Source: a virus (Duplodnaviria > Caudoviricetes). From it: a stretch of 29,459 nucleotides of DNA. A program made the translations under genes and the position numbers. A model generated the notes under the pieces. That model did no database searches, had not been told where the DNA came from, and saw only the letters and a program-made list of their open reading frames with translations. Location: IMG/VR virus record IMGVR_UViG_3300036900_000036, positions 1 through 29,459 of that record; one strand, given 5' to 3'. Below, piece after piece: positions 24,923 through 29,459 of the stretch. How positions within the stretch are numbered: the stretch's first letter is position 1; each line of letters opens with the position of its first letter.

Positions 24923-27604
24923 ATGACCGTTTCAGCGAACAGCCGGCGCCGGGAATACGACTGGAACGGGGTTGCAACCGTGTTCGATGGCCCGATGGCC
25001 TTCGATGCCAGCCATATCGAAGGGTTCTACCGCACGGCCGATGGCGTCGTGACGCCGATTGCTGCCAGCAGCCTGACGATTTCTCGCCTGGGCCGTCCGG
25101 CAAGCCGGGTGGAGGTGTTCGGTCCGGCGATCCCAGTCGGCGCCCGCCTGATTCTGCTTCGGCAGATGCCCTACACGCAGGAGGTCGACATCGGCAACCT
25201 GGGGGCCTTTCATGCCAAGTCGGTGGAGGACGCCGACGACGCGCAGGTGATGCAGATCCAGCAGCTGGCCGATGGGGTATCACGTTCGTTCCGCCTGTCG
25301 GATACCGCGGCAACGGGCATCGACTTCACTCTGGACACGCCGACGCCAAGCGCGCTGATCGGCTGGGATCAGGACGGAAACCGGCTGGTTAGCTACTCGC
25401 CCGAGCAGTTCGTGACAACTGCGACCGCCGGCGTGCCGTTTGTCGTGAACGTGGCGGCGGGCCAGTCCGACGTCGATCTAGTCGGACTGAAAACTCCGTG
25501 GTCGCCGCAGGGCGTGTTCTACAACGGAATTTTTCAGGAGCCGACCGCGTACACGCGCACGGGCGCCGGGATCAAGTTCTTGGAGCCGCTGCCGGTGGCC
25601 GGCACTGTCGCGGTCGTCGCGGTGTTCGGTGGCCCGACCAACGTCACCGAGGCGGATATGCTCACGTACACGCCGGTGGCGCCGGGCGGCACGACCAGGC
25701 CGGTGCAGGAGGCGCTGGACGAGGTTCTTAGCGTCCGTGGCTTCGGGGCCACCGGCAACGGCGCTGCCGATGACAAGGAGGCGATCCGCAAGGCCGTAGC
25801 CGAGGTCACCCGGCTTGGCGGCGGCCGCGTATTCTTGCCGCGGGGAACCTACCGCGTGGGCGATGCGGCAGGCAGCCAGATCGTGGTCACCTCCAACACG
25901 ATGATCTATGGCGAGCCGGGGACGGTTATTTACTTCGACGACAACCCCGCTGTGGCGGTCGATCCGAGTTCCACGAATCGCCTATTCTTCCTTAGCGACA
26001 CCGTGGGCGTGACACTGCAGGGGATCGAGTTCGCCGGGTCTGTCTTGCAGTACGACAGCCCGACCGCGAACGCCAAGCAGTTGATCGGCGGGATGCGCAA
26101 TAAGCGCGTGACCGTGCAGAACTGCACGTTCCGGAACCTGCGTCATATGGCGATCTCGTTGGGGGCAACCGAGGGCGCCGTGGTCAACGGAAATGTGTTT
26201 GAGAATTTGGGGCGCGATGCTGCGCGCTTCACTCATTCGCACAATGTCACGATCACCGGCAACGTGTTTCGCAACGTCAGCGACGACGCCGTGGCGCTGC
26301 ACTCGCGCGATACCGGTTACACGATCCCCGTCCCCTCCGGCCATGTCGTGAGCGGTAACGTGTTCGAGAACAGCCAGGGCATCCGCGCGCTGGGCGCCAA
26401 GGGCCTGACCGTGAGCGGCAACACCTTCCGCCGGTGCTTCTCCCATGCGCTGCATGTGGAGCAGGGTTGGTCCGGAGCAGAAGGGAATACGCCGCAGTTC
26501 GCCATCAACGTGACCGGCAACACGATTCTGGATACGCTGCAGATCAACACGTCTGTGCTGACGCCGATCGGCATTATCTCCATCCAGAGCGCGGCACGCA
26601 GCGCGGGCGCGGAGACAAATGATCCGGGCGTTAATGCGATCCCCTACGCCTTCAATTACAACAACGAAACTGATGTCGGCGGGGTGAATCCAGGACTGGC
26701 CAACGTCTCGATAACCAACAACGTTATCGCGCGCACGCTCCCGTCCGTGGCTGCGTTCTCGACGTGGGGATACGGGCAGTTCTTCGACCATCGCAATGCG
26801 GGCAGCTTCTGGGCGGACCCGGCCATCGCCGACGCAAACTTCGGGCTGCACGCGATCTATATCGAGGGGCCGGCCGATGGGGTGCTGATCGCAAACAACA
26901 ACATCAGCGGGCTGTCGCCGGACTTCCATGCCTTCCACTTCGACGTAAACGGATCGGCGAACGGGCTGGATCTCAACAATGTGGTAATTCAGGGCAACGT
27001 GGTTCGTGACTGCCCTGGCCATGCTGTGTTCGCGTCCTTCACTGGCACCGCTGGCGTCGCGCGCAACATGACGGTGCAGGGGAATACGTTCGATCTCGAC
27101 CCGTTCTTTCGCCATTCCGGGCACGCTGCCGACAACACCTGGGCGAGCGGCGGGGCGGTTCGTGCCGTGACCAGCACGGCCGGCGTGGGCGTCGTTCTCA
27201 CTGGCAACACCTGCAAGCACATGGGCCAGGTGTTCAGCGCGGGCGAGAATCCGGGCAGCTACTACGAGGGCAATTTCCTGTGGTCGCAGCCGACGGCGGC
27301 GGGCAACAATGCGGCGAACAAGGGAATCCGTGTGGTGGACGCCGCGCAGGTGAATGTCATCTATGACGGCGATCCGACCAGTGCCACCTTCGGGCAGATC
27401 ACCACGTTCCCGGCATACGCCGGCTCTGCTGTGCCCTCCACGGGCTTCTATGTAGCGGGGCACGTCGTCAGGCGCACGACCCCTACCATTGCCGGCTCGG
27501 CCGCGTCGCGCTACGTGATCCACGGCTGGATCCGCATCACCACGGGGAGCGCGCATGTTGCCGGTACAGACTGGGCGGAACAGCGCACGCTCACTGGCAC
27601 CTGA
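24923..27604 (+). CDS. Tailspike / depolymerase with parallel beta-helix, 893 aa
   Basis: T7 gp17-like N-terminal anchor (EYDWNGVATVF...QIQQLAD), pectate-lyase-3-like entry SVRGFGATGNGAADD.EAI..A...GG.VFLPRGTY, and many V/I-x-G-N-x-F rungs. GAGGA RBS. Confidence 0.87.
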   Translation: MTVSANSRRREYDWNGVATVFDGPMAFDASHIEGFYRTADGVVTPIAASSLTISRLGRPASRVEVFGPAIPVGARLILLRQMPYTQEVDIGNLGAFHAKSVEDADDAQVMQIQQLADGVSRSFRLSDTAATGIDFTLDTPTPSALIGWDQDGNRLVSYSPEQFVTTATAGVPFVVNVAAGQSDVDLVGLKTPWSPQGVFYNGIFQEPTAYTRTGAGIKFLEPLPVAGTVAVVAVFGGPTNVTEADMLTYTPVAPGGTTRPVQEALDEVLSVRGFGATGNGAADDKEAIRKAVAEVTRLGGGRVFLPRGTYRVGDAAGSQIVVTSNTMIYGEPGTVIYFDDNPAVAVDPSSTNRLFFLSDTVGVTLQGIEFAGSVLQYDSPTANAKQLIGGMRNKRVTVQNCTFRNLRHMAISLGATEGAVVNGNVFENLGRDAARFTHSHNVTITGNVFRNVSDDAVALHSRDTGYTIPVPSGHVVSGNVFENSQGIRALGAKGLTVSGNTFRRCFSHALHVEQGWSGAEGNTPQFAINVTGNTILDTLQINTSVLTPIGIISIQSAARSAGAETNDPGVNAIPYAFNYNNETDVGGVNPGLANVSITNNVIARTLPSVAAFSTWGYGQFFDHRNAGSFWADPAIADANFGLHAIYIEGPADGVLIANNNISGLSPDFHAFHFDVNGSANGLDLNNVVIQGNVVRDCPGHAVFASFTGTAGVARNMTVQGNTFDLDPFFRHSGHAADNTWASGGAVRAVTSTAGVGVVLTGNTCKHMGQVFSAGENPGSYYEGNFLWSQPTAAGNNAANKGIRVVDAAQVNVIYDGDPTSATFGQITTFPAYAGSAVPSTGFYVAGHVVRRTTPTIAGSAASRYVIHGWIRITTGSAHVAGTDWAEQRTLTGT

Positions 27605-27637
27605 TTTCCCTATCGAGTCAAATTTGAGGCCATTCCC

Positions 27638-29035
27638 ATGCCACTGACCCGCCCCGACTACTATCAACTCGCAGGTGTGGAGAGCAACGTCGAACGCTCG
27701 ACGCTGACCAATGCGGTGTACCAGCGCACCATCGTTGCCGAAATTCCGCTCTGGACGCCCGAGTCACAGTATTTGAAAAGTGTTGACGGCAACAACCCGT
27801 ATCCTGGTGCGTTCGGCTTTGACGATGTGACAGGGGAACTGTTTGTCGTGCTGCAGGGCACGGTGGCCAAGGGTTCGGCGGTGTTCGTCTATGACATCGT
27901 GGAGGGGTCAAGGACCTGGCCGCTGAAAAGGGTTTTTTACCTGGGTTCGCCTGCGGGCGAAACGCTAGTTATCCGCTGGGTCGGCGGGCAACGCTATCTG
28001 TACTCGCTGAAATTCCCCAGCAAGCCGATTAGCGAAAGCAACGTTTTCCGCGTGAACATTACGACGCTGCCGGCGATGTACGGCACGGCCACCGGCCTGA
28101 CGGACTATCCGGAGGTGCGGGGCCATTCGCAGATGGCTTTCGATGGCGATCGATTCATTGTGCAATCGCGCCGCATCTTCAAGGCGCAGGCGCAGCGCAA
28201 CGTGTTCGATCTGTGGAATGACACCCTGACCACGAAGGTCGGCGAAGTGGACTTCAACTGGGCAGTCACCGGCAGGTTGGCGACGCCCTACAGCGAGCAT
28301 TTCCAGAAAACGCAGGGCTTGGCCGTCCACAACGGGACGTATGTGTTTGGCGTCGGAGGCGACTACATCACCGGCTCGCACAACCCGGATGACGCCTACC
28401 TGCACCAGGGCATCGTTATCTGCGGCGCGGATGGCCGGCGCTTGGCCGAGGGCCTCTGTCGGCCAGACGAGTTTATCCGCATCCGGGATACCGATCCCAA
28501 CGGGCTGTCCTACAGCGGGACGATGGTCGAGAACGAGGGCGTTGGCGTCTACAGGAACGAGTTGCATGCGTTGTGGGTATGCACCCATTCGCCTGCGGCA
28601 GAGACGCCCCCGCGGCTGGGGCAGGGCTTCATCATTACCCGCGAACTATCGCAGGACCGCGCGCGCATTGACTTCCGCCCGGCTGCGCGCGTGGTGCCGA
28701 CCTGGGATCCGGAGCGGTTCGGGATCATCCTTCACCAGCCGGAGGCGGCGCCGCTGAACCCGATCACGGGCGAGTCGATGGACACGTTTGTGAAAATATG
28801 CACCTTCATGCGGGACGCCGGGGTGTCGCAGTTCCGGTTCTTGGGGGTAGGTAACATCACCGACCTTCTTGGAAACTCGATCGACTGCTTGGGCTGTTTC
28901 GTCGAGGTGTTGAACGGCAACGGTTCCACCTTCCTGATTACCCTCACGCACTTGTCGCCCGCCAAGTGTCGCAGCTTCTGGATCTACTCGAACATCACCA
29001 GTCAGTCGAACATGCCGGACACTCGCTACACCTAA
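27638..29035 (+). CDS. Hypothetical beta-rich protein, possible second receptor-binding or tail-associated protein, 465 aa
   Basis: GAGG RBS. Long ORF of lower GC right after the tailspike, with propeller-like strand patterns (PGAFGFD..TGELFV, TQGLAVHNGTYVFG, ENEGVGVYRNELH). Function uncertain. Confidence 0.6.
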   Translation: MPLTRPDYYQLAGVESNVERSTLTNAVYQRTIVAEIPLWTPESQYLKSVDGNNPYPGAFGFDDVTGELFVVLQGTVAKGSAVFVYDIVEGSRTWPLKRVFYLGSPAGETLVIRWVGGQRYLYSLKFPSKPISESNVFRVNITTLPAMYGTATGLTDYPEVRGHSQMAFDGDRFIVQSRRIFKAQAQRNVFDLWNDTLTTKVGEVDFNWAVTGRLATPYSEHFQKTQGLAVHNGTYVFGVGGDYITGSHNPDDAYLHQGIVICGADGRRLAEGLCRPDEFIRIRDTDPNGLSYSGTMVENEGVGVYRNELHALWVCTHSPAAETPPRLGQGFIITRELSQDRARIDFRPAARVVPTWDPERFGIILHQPEAAPLNPITGESMDTFVKICTFMRDAGVSQFRFLGVGNITDLLGNSIDCLGCFVEVLNGNGSTFLITLTHLSPAKCRSFWIYSNITSQSNMPDTRYT

Positions 29036-29214
29036 GCGTCCGCGAATTCCTCGCTTGCCGCGCTCTCGGGCTTCGGCCAAGAGCGCGGGCAGGGGCCGTG
29101 ATCCTTGGCCATCTCCCCGCAGAAGTAGACCGCCAGGGCGGCGGCCTCTCCCGGTTCCGCCCCGTGTTTCACCGCCTCGCGTGCGAATCGGTCCTGCCAT
29201 TGGTCGCGTGTCAT
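29032..29214 (-). CDS. Hypothetical protein, 60 aa (MTRDQWQDRFAREAVKHG...)
   Basis: GGGGG RBS-like run before ATG 29214. Its stop overlaps the convergent stop of the 465-aa gene. Confidence 0.55.
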   Translation of the reverse strand: MTRDQWQDRFAREAVKHGAEPGEAAALAVYFCGEMAKDHGPCPRSWPKPESAASEEFADA

Positions 29215-29231
29215 CGTGCCCCCGTAGAGAT

Positions 29232-29251
29232 AGCGCCCCTCGCGGGGCGCT
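29232..29251 (-). other. GC-rich hairpin with GCGA (GNRA) loop downstream of the acb2-like gene
   Basis: Minus strand AGCGCCCC-GCGA-GGGGCGCT, a perfect 8-bp stem. No U tract follows. Confidence 0.6.
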
Positions 29252-29258
29252 GTAGTGG

Positions 29259-29459
29259 TTAGAACAGGCCTTCCGGCTGGGCGACGGAGCGGATCAGCCA
29301 CATGGCGCCCTGCTGCAGGTTGGTGCGCGCCAAGGCCAGCTGCCGCGGGTCCGCGCCGTGGACGCCCGCCTCGTCCAGCTTGGCCTCCACCTGCTTTCCC
29401 AGTTCCTTGATCGAATTTATCAGGTCGCTGGTCGCCTGATCGAATTTGCGATAACCCTG
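29259..29459 (-). CDS. acb2: Acb2-like anti-CBASS cyclic nucleotide sponge, 5'-truncated (absent from ORF track)
   Basis: Hand translation gives QGYRKFDQATSDLINSIKELGKQVEAKLDEAGVHGADPRQLALARTNLQQGAMWLIRSVAQPEGLF*, matching the recalled Acb2 pattern GYR...N.(I/V)KE.G...R...(K/R)T..Q.G.M...R.(I/V)AQP. Confidence 0.85.
   Translation of the reverse strand, partial: QGYRKFDQATSDLINSIKELGKQVEAKLDEAGVHGADPRQLALARTNLQQGAMWLIRSVAQPEGLF

Larger units (their letters stand above)
1..29459. mobile_element. Podovirus or prophage late region (BPP-1/T7-like virion module)
   Basis: Contiguous co-oriented terminase, portal, capsid, tail tube, internal virion and tailspike genes. No host housekeeping genes, tape measure or sheath gene. 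No integrase or att site is visible, so free phage versus prophage cannot be decided. Confidence 0.95.

Noticed and set aside
20059-24924. 1621-aa minus-strand ORF (also 6634-10239, 16651-19011, 13860-15506, 25982-27667 and similar)
   Set aside because: Antisense shadows of GC3-biased plus-strand genes. They have no recognisable motifs and completely overlap well-supported CDSs.
24886-27637. Shared CCTATC/CGAGTC/GAGG words in the intergenic gaps before and after the tailspike
   Set aside because: Too short and differently spaced to support a promoter or recombination site.
24923-29035. BPP-1-style diversity-generating retroelement at the tail locus
   Set aside because: No reverse transcriptase and no VR/TR repeat pair seen. 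The receptor-binding gene is a beta-helix tailspike.
1-29459. tRNA, rRNA, CRISPR array, integrase/att site, endolysin, sigma70 promoters
   Set aside because: None recognisable by eye. The endolysin and any lysogeny genes probably lie outside the window.

Overview
The whole window is the late (lysis, packaging, virion) region of a high-GC podovirus or prophage with BPP-1/T7-like virion architecture. Plus-strand order: lysis-type membrane genes and spanins, TerS, an Arc-like RHH protein, RusA, TerL, portal, scaffold, major capsid, cement, tail adaptor, a tail nozzle split into two ORFs, three internal virion proteins, a 2772-aa ejection/polyvalent protein, a beta-helix tailspike and an orphan 465-aa protein. 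Convergent minus-strand genes start at the right end. Main points of interest: (1) the giant virion protein carries cargo modules, namely two ADP-ribosyltransferase-like domains, an intact GGDEF diguanylate cyclase lacking the canonical I-site and an HExxH metallopeptidase, with L[FY]Q motifs at the junctions; (2) an Acb2-like cyclic-nucleotide sponge at the right edge that the ORF track missed; (3) a nozzle gene that appears to be broken in the middle of a small beta domain. All family calls come from motif recognition by eye, with no database search.
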